A DNA stretch of 64,000 bases from an uncultured Chitinophagales bacterium (GCA_964538485.1 CAZIHJ010000001.1:13899-77898); one strand, 5' to 3'; shown: positions 1 to 10,525, counted from the first letter of the stretch. Program-made: numbers and translations. Notes: generated by a model from the sequence alone, not told the origin.

Positions 1-392
1 TTGATGTTGGCAATGGGAAAGCGAAGAGTGGCAACATCGACAAAATTCGTTGGAACGGTGGCGCCGCTGTCAAGGCCGCCAAGATATTCTATGTTTAACG
101 AACTGACATTTCCCGAAAGCGCGGTCAGACTCAACGGTGAATAGATCGTGCCATCTGCAAAATTGTGAGAGGCCTGGACGGTTGGTGTATTCAATCCGCT
201 ACCGTAGGAAAAAGCAAGGTTCGTCGTTCCCAGTTTGAATGCTGACCCATTTGCTTTGATCTGCACCTTCACGTCCAGAGTATTGCCATCGTTTGCGATT
301 TCAATAAATTGAACGCTATATGAATCGGCGAACGCCTGTGAAGCTGCGAGTAGTATGCCGAACAAGAGTCGGATGAGCATAGTTCGTTTCAT
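1..392 (-). CDS. Hypothetical secreted protein, partial (3' end lies beyond window start)
   Basis: Reverse-complement ORF not in the supplied track because it runs off the window edge. ATG at 392 (alt 380) gives MKRTMLIRLLFGILLAASQAFADSYSVQFIEIANDG..., a classic signal peptide followed by an open frame to position 1. The ORF is the only local evidence. Confidence 0.4.
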   Translation of the reverse strand, partial: MKRTMLIRLLFGILLAASQAFADSYSVQFIEIANDGNTLDVKVQIKANGSAFKLGTTNLAFSYGSGLNTPTVQASHNFADGTIYSPLSLTALSGNVSSLNIEYLGGLDSGATVPTNFVDVATLRFPIANI

Positions 393-635
393 TAACGCTG
401 TTTGGATGTTGAACAAGACCGCTTTGTTGCATTGCCTGCCAAACATCTGAAGATGCCGGCGTGTTGAAGCCGTGGTGCAAATGGCCTCTGTGATAAGCTG
501 GATTAACTTATTGAGTTTGAAGCTGAAAAAGTGTTATGGCGGTCACACACCGAACGGTCCCTGCATTCAAATCCTGCCCCAATTTAGCAAAGTAAGCAGG
601 AAATGTAAACACCCTGCAAAATCAGCTGGATTTCA

Positions 636-2414
636 TTACTTGAGCAAAACGGCCTTTTTAGTGGCAGAATACACGTTGCCGGATTTCGACACTGCTGTGA
701 GCCGGATGCTGTACACGCCGCTTGAGAGGTCTGGGGCCGACCAGAGGGACGTATGTGTCCCCGCTGAGACAGTTCCCTCGAATATCGTGGCAATTTTTCT
801 TCCTAGAATATCATACGCCGTCACTGCTATATCCGCCATTTGCGGAATGTGAAAACTTATCATTGTTGCAGGATTGAAGGGATTTGGGTAGTTCTGTTCG
901 AGACTGAACGTTGACGGTCGTTCGTCACCTCCAACAGATGTTGTTGTTGAATCTCGCACCTCAATGCGATAAGACCCTGAGGCGCCAACCAGGGGTTTGT
1001 TTACCTCTCTTGCAGATCCGGTAAACGCCTTGAGATAATACCACAGTGTCGTACCCGCTGGTTGTGCTGGAATATCAGTTGAGAATACGCCAGAACTGTC
1101 GGACAATACGGACGACTGAAACCCCGCAGTGGTATCGGTTCTCCATAATACAAACGCTGAATCAATTCCGCTTCGTGCTTTGATCCGTGCCTCGATATGA
1201 ATTGTTGCCGTATCGCTTGCAGAGGAGAGAGGCGCATGAGCAAAATGAACAGGTTCGCGTATTCCGATCTCCTTGGTGATGCAATGAATTGCTCCAAGTT
1301 GTCCAATTATGGAATTGCAATCGAAACCCTGGATTGTGTATCCGGGCATTGCTTCCACGTAAATGTCCAATGCCTGCTGATCGGTCGGGAGATTATAAAT
1401 AGGAACCAGAACAGTCTTGTTGATGATAACCGAATTGGTGTAAGTGAGATAGTTGGATCCGTTATCGGGATACCGGCCCTGCGCATCGGGCGGCATGGGT
1501 ATGCGTACAATTCTATAGGGACGGCCATAGGGTCCCGTCAGGGTCTCAAGGTAGTCCACAGTGTTCTCAATGACAACGTAGTCTGCGACATTTACAGGGT
1601 ACTGTCCTATCAAAATGGTCTCCTCGTCAAGGAGTTTCATATGCATATCGATATGATGAATCACATCGTATGGCAGCGGATCCATTGTGACGTAGGATGT
1701 CAGACCGCAGTATCGTTGCATCGAAGAGTCAATATCAGCTGAAGTCAGGTGTGGATTCTCATTGAGTATCAATTCTGATGAGAAGCCACGATTGAATCCA
1801 TCCACCATAAAATTACCACCAGTATGTATCACGCTGTCCGGCTGTTGCACCGTCTGGTAGAGTGGCAGATTCCAGCGTGCGGCAAGCGCAACCGGCACGA
1901 GATCGTCCTGCGGGCGCGGACGATTATAGCGAAAATCAAGGATGCCCATGGAATCAGTCAAAACATCGTAGACGGTCCATGGACCGTAGTCCCTGCACCA
2001 GATACTATTGGTGCTGATGGCAAGAAATTCCAGATTTGTTAACGGGATGTTTCGCCCAGTCAGATAAGCGATAATGTTGCTCGAATCAGACGTGGCGGGA
2101 CGGGTAAGTATCCATACAGTTCCTTCCTCCTGGGCAGCGTCAACAATTTGACTTAACAGCAGATTTTGAGTTCCGTACGCCCATCGCACAATGATCCCTT
2201 CAAGCTCTTCATACTCTGCCATCCCACGGACGGGCCGGGGCGGCGGGGTGGTCGAGATGGCTGAAGGAGGAATGTAAGTTGAATTCAACAGACGTTCATG
2301 GGAGGTTTCATAACGCGGTAAAGGATGTTGTTCCTGTTCCTGCCATTGGGCAACCCCTGAGCTGTATATCAGCGTTGCAACAATAGCGAGTGAGAATACT
2401 CGAAAACAACGCAT
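636..2414 (-). CDS. Peptidyl-arginine deiminase (Porphyromonas-type)/agmatine deiminase family enzyme with T9SS C-terminal sorting domain
   Basis: The 636..2606 ORF was trimmed to the internal ATG at 2414, which begins a signal peptide (MRCFRVFSLAIVATLIYSSGVAQ). Motifs IWCRDYGPW, HTGGNFMVDG and QLGAIHCITKEIG match the PAD_porph/agmatine deiminase fold, including the catalytic Cys near the C-terminus of the domain. C-terminus LEQNYPNPFNPATMISF... is the Por/T9SS sorting domain. Confidence 0.75.
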   Translation of the reverse strand: MRCFRVFSLAIVATLIYSSGVAQWQEQEQHPLPRYETSHERLLNSTYIPPSAISTTPPPRPVRGMAEYEELEGIIVRWAYGTQNLLLSQIVDAAQEEGTVWILTRPATSDSSNIIAYLTGRNIPLTNLEFLAISTNSIWCRDYGPWTVYDVLTDSMGILDFRYNRPRPQDDLVPVALAARWNLPLYQTVQQPDSVIHTGGNFMVDGFNRGFSSELILNENPHLTSADIDSSMQRYCGLTSYVTMDPLPYDVIHHIDMHMKLLDEETILIGQYPVNVADYVVIENTVDYLETLTGPYGRPYRIVRIPMPPDAQGRYPDNGSNYLTYTNSVIINKTVLVPIYNLPTDQQALDIYVEAMPGYTIQGFDCNSIIGQLGAIHCITKEIGIREPVHFAHAPLSSASDTATIHIEARIKARSGIDSAFVLWRTDTTAGFQSSVLSDSSGVFSTDIPAQPAGTTLWYYLKAFTGSAREVNKPLVGASGSYRIEVRDSTTTSVGGDERPSTFSLEQNYPNPFNPATMISFHIPQMADIAVTAYDILGRKIATIFEGTVSAGTHTSLWSAPDLSSGVYSIRLTAVSKSGNVYSATKKAVLLK

Positions 2415-2491
2415 TGCTGTGATCCTGTTTATGAAGGCCTGGGGTAATATATCTGACCATTCACGGAAAGTCAACGTAAAAGGTCGTGAGA

Positions 2492-5400
2492 CTATTTGAG
2501 TAGTATCATCTTCTGATGTGCCACAAAAGCCCTCCCTGACGCACCGGTTGCAACGATACGGTACGCATACACACCACTCGATGACATGATGTCGCCTGTG
2601 TGCCAAGCGACGTCGTTGCGCCCTGCCGCATACATCCCTTCTGCGAGCGTATGTATCTCCCTGCCGAGCATGTCATACACTTTGAGCGACACGCTGGCAG
2701 GTTCTGGCAGATCGAATGTTATTGTTGTGGAAGGGTTGAACGGATTAGGATAGTTCTGGTGTAACGCATAACTCACCGGAATGACCGTTGCATCGTCCTC
2801 TTCAGCATCCCCTGCAAGTGTCCCAGTCGACGGAGGAGGTACTGCGGTATTGAAGAAGTAATCAATGAGTCCGTTGAATATCGGTACAGGGCTTCCGGCG
2901 TTGCCGAAGAATGGGCCGATGGCGTTGACAACAAGTGGGTGCTGGAATGTCACAGATGTTGTCCAGTCAGTGCCGTTGTACGAATAACGTTGCGTCCAGG
3001 TGTTGCCGTCTCGGCGGACTCGCAGGTACAATGTGTTACTCGATGTAATCGTCAAGTCCTTGCGCGTTGTGGGAACCCCGTTGGCGAATGTGGCAGCGAA
3101 TGCCCGGATGCTCGTTCCGCCCCGGACAAAATCGAACCGGATGAAGTTTCCTTGATCCTGTTGCACTATGATTCCTTGAAGCTGGGACTTCATATCCATG
3201 ATTGACTGGAATCGCGCCTCGACCTCGAAATCGACGTTGTTGGCCGACTGCATAATGCGCGGTGCGTAATTTCCGGATGTCCATACATCATGAGAAATAC
3301 CTGCAGGTACAGTGACAGCAAGCTGGGTTCCTGTCAAGGAGAATGTTGCATCGCCGCGAGGATTAACAACAGTCCAAAGTCCCGTGTTTAGTGAAGGGGC
3401 GTTGAAATTGTCTGAAACAATCGTTGACGGTGTTCCACCGCTGATAAAGGATGCCCCGATGATCTTGTTGGTGTCCATTGAAATTGTCACCGGATTTGTA
3501 TTCCCCACAAGGTCACCGCTCCAATTCTGGAACTGCGCGCCAGACCCGGGGACAGCAGTCAAAGTCACAAGCTGTCCCTTCAGATAATCCGGCATTATGG
3601 GGTTCACAGTCACGTTGCCGTTACCGGTGGCATTGACAGCCAGTGTAAAGCGGGAATTGGTAACAGACCGTACCATAACATCACCAAAGCTGGCATCAAC
3701 ATGGTGAGCAACAAGAAGCAAACATCCTTGTTGCGGGTCCGTCGGCGCGGCTTGACCGATGAGGTCCCAATTGACCGGTTCGCTTAAGGAATCGGCCCAG
3801 ACCTTGATACTGTAGCGTGGGATTCCTCCTTGAAGTGTTTCCACACGTGCCTTAAAGATATATCGTACTCCTTTGACAAGCTTGCGACCGGTGTTGTCTG
3901 ATGCGAGCGTCTGAAGATTATTTCCTGCAATGACGAGATTTTCAGTCCCTGTACGATAACTATACCACGCCAGCGCACCCAGAGGCAAATACCCTGTCTT
4001 GGGCTGGAGGCCTGCTGTGCTTGCCGGACTGTTACTGTGACCCGGCCATCGAAGCAAGAATCCAACTCCCGCACCATTGCTTGGCGGCGCGTAGCCGGAG
4101 GAATCGATACGATTTATGGTGATTGGGACAGTCACCTCATAGTTTTTCCAGGAATGTTCACCGATGGCAACAAGACGGTCATAACCAATCTGAATTGGCC
4201 GGAGTGAACCCGTGGCGTCATCAATTCTCCATGATCCATCGAGAACCTGGGCGACGTTCGGAAGATTGCTTACGGCAGACCAGTTGATGTCGTAGTTTCC
4301 GGGCCAGGAGTTTCCTGCAACATATGTCACGCGCACTGTATCGAATGCAAGGACATTCACGCTGTCACGGGCACGAATAACAACCCGATTCAATCCGTTT
4401 GTAAGCGAGGTGTACGGGAGATCAACATTGAAATCGCCCTTTGCCACGAGTCGTCGTGTATCCGGTCCGCGGGACAGTGTCTTGAATGTTCCACCATTGA
4501 GCGAGTAGTGCAGTTCCTTAATACCCTTTGATGAAGTAACATTTCCCAGAATATTTATATCGGGTGTGGGATCGCCGATACTGCCAAAGGTTTGTTGGTT
4601 GCCGTACCAGATCTGGATAATAGTTCCACGCGTGACTCGCAATACTGCAGGTCCGCTTGTATCGCTTCCGACGTAGTTCGAGACGACACATCGGAAAACC
4701 GCTCCGCTATCTGAAATGACCGTTTGAGGCGTGGTGTATGTTGAACCGGTTGCACCCGGAATGGTCGCTCCATTTTTCTGCCATTGATAGGTAAGCGATC
4801 CCGTTCCGGTTGCTGAAACCGAGAATGATGCTGATTGTCCTTGCGCAACAATTTGTTGGCCAGGATTCGCTGTCACTGTTGGCGAGACTCCATGCACTGT
4901 CAGGACTGCGGCATCGCTTGTGTCGCTGCCAAGGGCGTTTGTTACCACACAGCGCATCATTGCACCACTATCAGCCATTGATGGAGTAAATGCGTATCCG
5001 GCTTCCACGGCACCTGCAACAGCGGTTCCGTTACGCAGCCATTGGAATTGCAAAGGAGCGGTACCATCCGCGGTAACACTAAAGCCAGTCTGTTGTCCGT
5101 CGTTGACATTCAGGTTAAGAGGTTGTGTGACTATCTCCGGCAATTCTCCGATAGTGAGTACACCAATCGCGCTGGTGTCCCTTCCGAGTGCGTTCGTGAC
5201 AATGCAGCGGAATGCCGCACCATCATCGTCCGGAATTGTTGGTGCCGTCAGAAGTGATGCACTTATTCCCTCCGGAATGTCATTCCCGTTTTTCTGCCAT
5301 TGATATTCAAAGGGAGGAGTGCCGATTGTCCCAACCATGAACGCGGCTGACTGACCAATCAGAACAACCCGGTTCAACGGGTTCTGAACGACAATCGGGG

Positions 5401-6199
5401 CAGAGGCCACGACACTCAATGTTGCAGATTCGCTTGTGTCGGCTCCAGCTATGTTGGTGATAATACAATGGAAGATCGCCCCACTATCACTGGCATTTGT
5501 TATTGGTATGTTCAGGGTTGCAGAATTGCCACCGACAATATCCACCCCATTCCGCACCCACACATACTGAAGAGGAAGTGTCCCCGTTGCCGAAACTGAG
5601 AACGTGACACCATCTCCTTCCGGGACAGATCTGCTTATCGGCTGGGTTGTAATGAGCGGGGGAAGAACTGTCGGTGCTGTCTTCTTCAATTCCACGTCAT
5701 CGATATAATACACCGTGCCGCTTGTCGCGTACGGTGCGAACCAGAATCGAACACGCGCGTCATTGACGACACCGGAAAACCCGCTTGTGGTAAACTCAAT
5801 GGTGTAGGTTTGCCACGAATTGGTAAGATTGACGAACCGATTGCTGAGGCCGTAGGTTGTATATGGAGAGGTTTGCTTCATGACCGTAAGCGAAACATCA
5901 CGGGCATTATTTGAATATGCCGAGAATGTGAGGGTGTAGCTCGTGTTTGGTTCCAATCGTAATCCTGATTGGTAGAGTTGCACATTCGAGCCGACCGAGT
6001 TCATGGTTAACCTCGCCGCACGCGCTCCGGTAAAGCCCGGCGACACAGATGCGTAGCTACCCGACGCGTTCGTATAGAACGTCCACGAACCCGTGCCAGT
6101 CTCAAAGCCCGGGTTTGTAAGGATGTTTCCCGTTTGAGCAGCCGCAGGGACCGAAAGGCTGGAGACAATCACGATGACATACAAAGAAACACGATTCAC
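2492..6199 (-). CDS. Large T9SS-secreted surface protein: N-terminal CBM4/9-like carbohydrate-binding module, five tandem Ig-like repeats, concanavalin/LamG-like domains, T9SS CTD
   Basis: 1235 aa with a signal peptide (MNRVSLYVIVIVSSLSVPAAAQ). The N-terminus NPGFETGTGSWTFY...YYIDDVEL resembles CBM_4_9. Five ~85-aa repeats of the pattern P..VTQP.s..V..G....FsV.AtGt.PL.YQW..NG..I.GA..at....SDSGA.FRCvvtN..G.dtS..A.LtV are Ig/I-set-like. C-terminus QNYPNPFNPSTTITFDLPE. Confidence 0.8.
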   Translation of the reverse strand: MNRVSLYVIVIVSSLSVPAAAQTGNILTNPGFETGTGSWTFYTNASGSYASVSPGFTGARAARLTMNSVGSNVQLYQSGLRLEPNTSYTLTFSAYSNNARDVSLTVMKQTSPYTTYGLSNRFVNLTNSWQTYTIEFTTSGFSGVVNDARVRFWFAPYATSGTVYYIDDVELKKTAPTVLPPLITTQPISRSVPEGDGVTFSVSATGTLPLQYVWVRNGVDIVGGNSATLNIPITNASDSGAIFHCIITNIAGADTSESATLSVVASAPIVVQNPLNRVVLIGQSAAFMVGTIGTPPFEYQWQKNGNDIPEGISASLLTAPTIPDDDGAAFRCIVTNALGRDTSAIGVLTIGELPEIVTQPLNLNVNDGQQTGFSVTADGTAPLQFQWLRNGTAVAGAVEAGYAFTPSMADSGAMMRCVVTNALGSDTSDAAVLTVHGVSPTVTANPGQQIVAQGQSASFSVSATGTGSLTYQWQKNGATIPGATGSTYTTPQTVISDSGAVFRCVVSNYVGSDTSGPAVLRVTRGTIIQIWYGNQQTFGSIGDPTPDINILGNVTSSKGIKELHYSLNGGTFKTLSRGPDTRRLVAKGDFNVDLPYTSLTNGLNRVVIRARDSVNVLAFDTVRVTYVAGNSWPGNYDINWSAVSNLPNVAQVLDGSWRIDDATGSLRPIQIGYDRLVAIGEHSWKNYEVTVPITINRIDSSGYAPPSNGAGVGFLLRWPGHSNSPASTAGLQPKTGYLPLGALAWYSYRTGTENLVIAGNNLQTLASDNTGRKLVKGVRYIFKARVETLQGGIPRYSIKVWADSLSEPVNWDLIGQAAPTDPQQGCLLLVAHHVDASFGDVMVRSVTNSRFTLAVNATGNGNVTVNPIMPDYLKGQLVTLTAVPGSGAQFQNWSGDLVGNTNPVTISMDTNKIIGASFISGGTPSTIVSDNFNAPSLNTGLWTVVNPRGDATFSLTGTQLAVTVPAGISHDVWTSGNYAPRIMQSANNVDFEVEARFQSIMDMKSQLQGIIVQQDQGNFIRFDFVRGGTSIRAFAATFANGVPTTRKDLTITSSNTLYLRVRRDGNTWTQRYSYNGTDWTTSVTFQHPLVVNAIGPFFGNAGSPVPIFNGLIDYFFNTAVPPPSTGTLAGDAEEDDATVIPVSYALHQNYPNPFNPSTTITFDLPEPASVSLKVYDMLGREIHTLAEGMYAAGRNDVAWHTGDIMSSSGVYAYRIVATGASGRAFVAHQKMILLK

Positions 6200-6436
6200 A
6201 ATAGCACCTAACCAAGTCAGGATGTATTTTCGGTGGATCTGGACGGGTTTTGACGGTAGCCTGGAAGGTTAACGTACGTAAAGGCCATTTCGTGTGGTGT
6301 GACCGGCGTCTCCCGACTGCAGAATCTTGGATCAATGGGCAGAATACGGAAGTTCCGTCCAAACATCAAATGAGACAGGACCGGAAAAGAAACAGGCGCT
6401 CTTGAAGGAGCGCCCGTGCCTGAGGTACATGGGGGT

Positions 6437-6474
6437 ATCGCATCCTCAATGCGGAAGTGCATCGAGGATGCGAT
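6437..6474. terminator. Perfect 11-bp inverted repeat (atcgcatcctc ... gaggatgcgat) immediately downstream of the minus-strand cytochrome gene; possible intrinsic terminator without U-tract
   Basis: Read directly from the sequence: stem 6437-6447 pairs with 6464-6474 around a 16-nt loop, and lies 10 nt after the stop codon at 6484-6486. No T-run follows on the minus strand, so termination function is uncertain. Confidence 0.35.
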
Positions 6475-6483
6475 GAAAGGACC

Positions 6484-8601
6484 TCATTTCAGCAAGACCA
6501 TCTTCTTTGTGGCTGAGAATGATCCTATTGTCACTCTGTACAGATAGAGACCGCTTGCAACTTTTGCTCCGCTTGCATCGCTTCCTTCCCACGATACATT
6601 GTAGTTGCCCGGCTCGAGTTCTCTATCGACCATTGTCGTAATGAGTGTCCCCAATGTATTGAAGACTTCGAGCCTGACGTACCCTTTCTCCGGCAACGAG
6701 AAGCCGATCGTTGTTGTCGGGTTGAACGGGTTGGGGTAGTTTTGCTGCAGGACGAATTCCTGTGGAATGGTCTCGTCGATTTGTTTCACGTCTGTTGGGT
6801 ACCAGCCAAGTGCTTTTTGCAATAGTGCAACGGCGTATTTCGTATTGTGGACGCCATAACTTCCGTCGCTCTTGACAAAGTAATATGTCCAGATGCCCTG
6901 AACGAGGTCCGGACGGTTTGCGACTCGCGCAGAGTCGGCGGCAGTGACGGTGCTTCCACCGATTGGCTCGCCATCAGAACCGAGAGGCAGTCGGGCCTTG
7001 AGCACATCAAGCATCCCATGCACCTCGCTGACCACTCCTTCAACCGCGCCATCATGGTCATAGTCATACGCCGCTTGTATGTCGTTGAACTCCTCGATCT
7101 CGCCGTGGCAAGTAATACATGCCTCTACCTGATCGTGTGTGCCGCCGACGTTATCGATCATCGACATTTCATGATCCGAATGCACGCTGGAGCCGTTTAC
7201 CCGCTCTGCCATATGGCAGGTCACGCAGGTGTTCTCAACTTGCGAGTGTGTATTCCGGCCTGTGAGTGTCGCGTCGCCGAACTCGTAGGAGTTTCGGCCG
7301 AGCAACATATCCGCCTGATTACTGTGATGTGGTGTGAACCGTGCGCCAAAACCATAGTACGGCGGGGTGCTTTTGACCTTCTGGACATAACGTGATTTGT
7401 GGCAGTTCATACAGAGTTGACCTGTCCCACCGACTGTGGGGACAAAGCCGTTCTTCAGCGAATCCACTCTTACAGTCCTGAGCTGATGCTCGTTTGTTAT
7501 ACTATGCGGATCATGGCATGTGGTGCATGAAACGTTCTTGTTTCCGTCAGCTGCCACGCTATAGCCCGGCGCCGACTTGTTATTCGTCCACTTGACGAAA
7601 GAAGAACCACTGTGACAAGGGAAGCAGTTTGTATTTGCCGTGTGGCCTCCCTCTGCGAACGTTGAGTGTCCCGAAGCTTCCCAGTAACTGCCGAGCCGAT
7701 GTTTCTTTGGCGCATCATGGCATTGCATACAAACGCCGGCATCTGTGGTGACACCGATTTTTTCGCGAGCGCCCATGTGACTTCCGCCGGGCCCGTGGCA
7801 ACTTTCACAACCAATGCTTGCCACAGGCAACATTGATGTCGGCATTGCATGATAGATTGATGAATCACGGTATGGAATCCAATAGTCTCCACCGTAAAAA
7901 GGGAGCCCGGCAAACCACGTTGAATCCCAATTTGTTTGATGTGCAAGGTAACCGAAGTTCCCGTTGTCCGTAGTCGGCTCCCATCCCGTCGTATGGCATT
8001 TTATGCACCCACTCGCATAAGCACCCTTGCCGGTAAACGGATCGACCTCGACTTGTCCGGTGATGGCACGCGTAAACATCGTTGCATGCGGCGTTGTCTT
8101 CCATGCCGCGGTGCTTGTCGCGTGGCATGTAACGCACTTGATGACCCCGGGGTTTCCGCCTTCGACACCCGTATACGTGCTTGCATAAAGGGTGTCAAGT
8201 GCATTGATGCTGCCATTCGCAGAGACCCTGATAATGTACTGACCGATTTGATCCGGCATAAACCGGACGAATCCGTTGGACGGCGTATCAATCACCGCAG
8301 TTGAGTTCGCCGGCTTTGAGATAATAGACCACGCAAGGGATGTGACGTTCCCGGTGGTATCGGCAGAAAGGTACACCTTCATGTTCTGACCAACCACTCG
8401 CAAGCCCGTGGAAACAAAATATGGGCCCGAGGGTGCAGTATAATTCGGCGGACCTGATGAGCGCCGGCCTGGAGACATTGCCTCAATCTTGATCTTCACT
8501 GTCTGCGCAATGGCATCAAGCGATGTGCCTGCAAGCAGACTCAGGGCGAGCAACCCCAAACAGATTGAACCAATTCGTTTCATAAAAATGTTTCCTTTCA
8601 T
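6484..8601 (-). CDS. Secreted multiheme cytochrome c (9 CXXCH motifs) with T9SS C-terminal sorting domain
   Basis: ORF 6484..8727 trimmed to the ATG at 8601 or 8583 (MKGNIFMKRIGSICLGLLALSLLAGTSLDAIAQ signal peptide). CXXCH motifs: CVTCH, CIKCH, CESCH, CMQCH, CFPCH, CTTCH, CMNCH, CVTCH, CITCH. An N-terminal Ig/Fn3-like beta-rich region is present. C-terminus LQQNYPNPFNPTTTIGFSLPEKGYVRLEVFN... is a T9SS CTD. Confidence 0.8.
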   Translation of the reverse strand: MKGNIFMKRIGSICLGLLALSLLAGTSLDAIAQTVKIKIEAMSPGRRSSGPPNYTAPSGPYFVSTGLRVVGQNMKVYLSADTTGNVTSLAWSIISKPANSTAVIDTPSNGFVRFMPDQIGQYIIRVSANGSINALDTLYASTYTGVEGGNPGVIKCVTCHATSTAAWKTTPHATMFTRAITGQVEVDPFTGKGAYASGCIKCHTTGWEPTTDNGNFGYLAHQTNWDSTWFAGLPFYGGDYWIPYRDSSIYHAMPTSMLPVASIGCESCHGPGGSHMGAREKIGVTTDAGVCMQCHDAPKKHRLGSYWEASGHSTFAEGGHTANTNCFPCHSGSSFVKWTNNKSAPGYSVAADGNKNVSCTTCHDPHSITNEHQLRTVRVDSLKNGFVPTVGGTGQLCMNCHKSRYVQKVKSTPPYYGFGARFTPHHSNQADMLLGRNSYEFGDATLTGRNTHSQVENTCVTCHMAERVNGSSVHSDHEMSMIDNVGGTHDQVEACITCHGEIEEFNDIQAAYDYDHDGAVEGVVSEVHGMLDVLKARLPLGSDGEPIGGSTVTAADSARVANRPDLVQGIWTYYFVKSDGSYGVHNTKYAVALLQKALGWYPTDVKQIDETIPQEFVLQQNYPNPFNPTTTIGFSLPEKGYVRLEVFNTLGTLITTMVDRELEPGNYNVSWEGSDASGAKVASGLYLYRVTIGSFSATKKMVLLK

Positions 8602-9088
8602 CGATGATATTGAGCCGCGGTTGATAAACATCGGGCTGTGGGAAAAAATCAGTAAGAACGGCGGCGAAATGGGCGAACATTGGCGGTACTGATTAGATTT
8701 CGATTCGCCCGTGTTACGAAACAGCAACGTGCGTGCCGTTATTTGATTGAAGATTTGAGAATCCGAAATCCCGATTGCTTCCCCTCAGTTCTGTCGGAGA
8801 ATGAGCCTTTTGTGTTGCGGACGCGAAGGCGAAGTGCTTTACATGATGAGGACAGAATACCTGCCTGTTGAGACTGAGAAATACGGCTTCACAAATGAGA
8901 ATTGCGAGGAAGGAGGAGATTCTCAGATTGCGAACCGGCTTCAGGACAATTCTGTCTTGTATTCGTTTCTCAGAAACCATAGATTCACAAGAGAAGTCCA
9001 CCTTCAATCGAAGGACCAGGTTCTGGAAAATCACCAAGCACGGGGACTGTTGCAACGAAATCAACAACATACAACCACACTGGCACCA

Positions 9089-10513
9089 ATGACTTCTTTA
9101 TTGGATGCCGTTGCGGATCCGGCTTTTGTGCTCTCGCGCGCCGGAATTATCATTGCCGTGAATGAAGCAGCTGCCGAAGTGTGGAAGCAGTCGAAGCATA
9201 CTCTGGTTGGCCGTGACCTGGTATCTTTTCTGAAGCCACAATCGCGTGGCGGATATTCCATGGCCTTGGAGCGTTGCTTTGTCGAAAGACAAAGGCAATT
9301 CTGTACCGTCACTTTTGAGAAGCCGGAACTGAGCAATGATTTTATGATGTCGCTTGCGACGTTTTCCGCACCAGACAGTCCGGATGATATGTTCTGCCTG
9401 TCCATTGCTCGTGACGTTACCGAAGACGTACAAAAGGACATTGACCTTCTTCGATTTTCAAACGTTGCTCACTACACATTGAATCCGCTCGAAATCACTG
9501 ATATTCATGGACAGATTATCTATGTCAATCCCGCCTTCGAAAAGGCGAGCGGCTTTTCAAAAGAGGAGTTGATCGGAAGGGACCCGAACGTCTTTGGGAG
9601 CGGCAAACATCCTAAACGTTTCTGGCAGGAAATGTGGCAGACGATAACCTCCGGCAAGGTGTGGACCGGAGAAGTACAGAACAGGAAGAGAACTGGAGAA
9701 CCATTTCTTACGCATTTGCTTATTTCTCCCATTGTGGATCAGACCGGAAAAGTGGCGGGTTATTTCGGCATTCACCGGGACATCACAGAACAGCGACATC
9801 TTGAACACCAGCTCTTTCAGGCACAGAAGATGGAGAGTATCGGTACGCTTGCCGCGGGTATTGCACATGAAGTGGGCAACCCGCTCACATCAATTTCGTC
9901 CCTGGTGCAGGTGGTGCAGCGGACAACGCAGGAGGACTTTACCAAAGAGAAACTCGAACTGGTGAAGCATCAGGTGACGCGCATCTCGAAAATCATTCGT
10001 GATCTTGTCGACTTCTCGCGACCTTCGACGTACGAAGTGCAACTTACAGACATCAACAAGTGTGTTCGTCAGGCTATCGACATTGTCAAAGTTGGCAAGA
10101 AATCAAGGTCCATCCGTTTTGTTTTGAACCTTGATCCCACCGTTCCGTCGCTTCATCTCGTTCCGGATCAGGTGGAGCAAGTATTGATTAATATTCTGAT
10201 TAACGCTGTCGATGCTGTATCTGACGCGCAGCTTCCGGAACGAAAAGACGGATGCATCGAGGTCTCCTCGCGCGTCGAAGGAAAGAACCTCACGGTGATG
10301 ATTCAAGACAACGGAAAAGGAATGTCTGAGGAAGAAGTGGAAAAGATTTTTGAACCATTTTTTACAACCAAAGGAGTGGGAGAAGGAACGGGTTTGGGTC
10401 TCTGGGTCAGCTATGGTATTGTGAAGAGCTTCCACGGCCAGATTCAGGTAGAAAGCGAACCCGGTCGCGGTTCCTCCTTCAACGTTCTGCTCCCGATCCA
10501 TTCCGACTACTAA
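9089..10513 (+). CDS. PAS-domain sensor histidine kinase (cytoplasmic; NtrB/AtoS-like)
   Basis: Two PAS-like segments ([12 protein letters not shown]...; [36 protein letters not shown]), an H-box ([11 protein letters not shown]) and a HATPase_c (N-box LINAVDA; G-boxes DNGKGM and GTGLGL). The start is uncertain: the open frame begins at 8801, with an ATG also at 8843, but the first PAS domain starts right after the ATG at 9089. Confidence 0.75.
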   Translation: MTSLLDAVADPAFVLSRAGIIIAVNEAAAEVWKQSKHTLVGRDLVSFLKPQSRGGYSMALERCFVERQRQFCTVTFEKPELSNDFMMSLATFSAPDSPDDMFCLSIARDVTEDVQKDIDLLRFSNVAHYTLNPLEITDIHGQIIYVNPAFEKASGFSKEELIGRDPNVFGSGKHPKRFWQEMWQTITSGKVWTGEVQNRKRTGEPFLTHLLISPIVDQTGKVAGYFGIHRDITEQRHLEHQLFQAQKMESIGTLAAGIAHEVGNPLTSISSLVQVVQRTTQEDFTKEKLELVKHQVTRISKIIRDLVDFSRPSTYEVQLTDINKCVRQAIDIVKVGKKSRSIRFVLNLDPTVPSLHLVPDQVEQVLINILINAVDAVSDAQLPERKDGCIEVSSRVEGKNLTVMIQDNGKGMSEEEVEKIFEPFFTTKGVGEGTGLGLWVSYGIVKSFHGQIQVESEPGRGSSFNVLLPIHSDY

Positions 10514-10525
10514 ACTACTGGAGCC

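Noticed and set aside
636-852. Plus-strand 126-aa ORF 472..852 and minus 69-aa ORF 584..793
   Set aside because: They overlap the 3' end of the deiminase gene and the intergenic region. Small, with no motifs, and one is antisense; judged spurious.
8801-9088. N-terminal 96 codons of the kinase ORF as listed in the track
   Set aside because: There is no domain content before the first PAS segment, which begins immediately after the ATG at 9089. The region is treated as 5' leader or alternative start, but 8801 or 8843 cannot be excluded without RBS or ribosome-profiling evidence.
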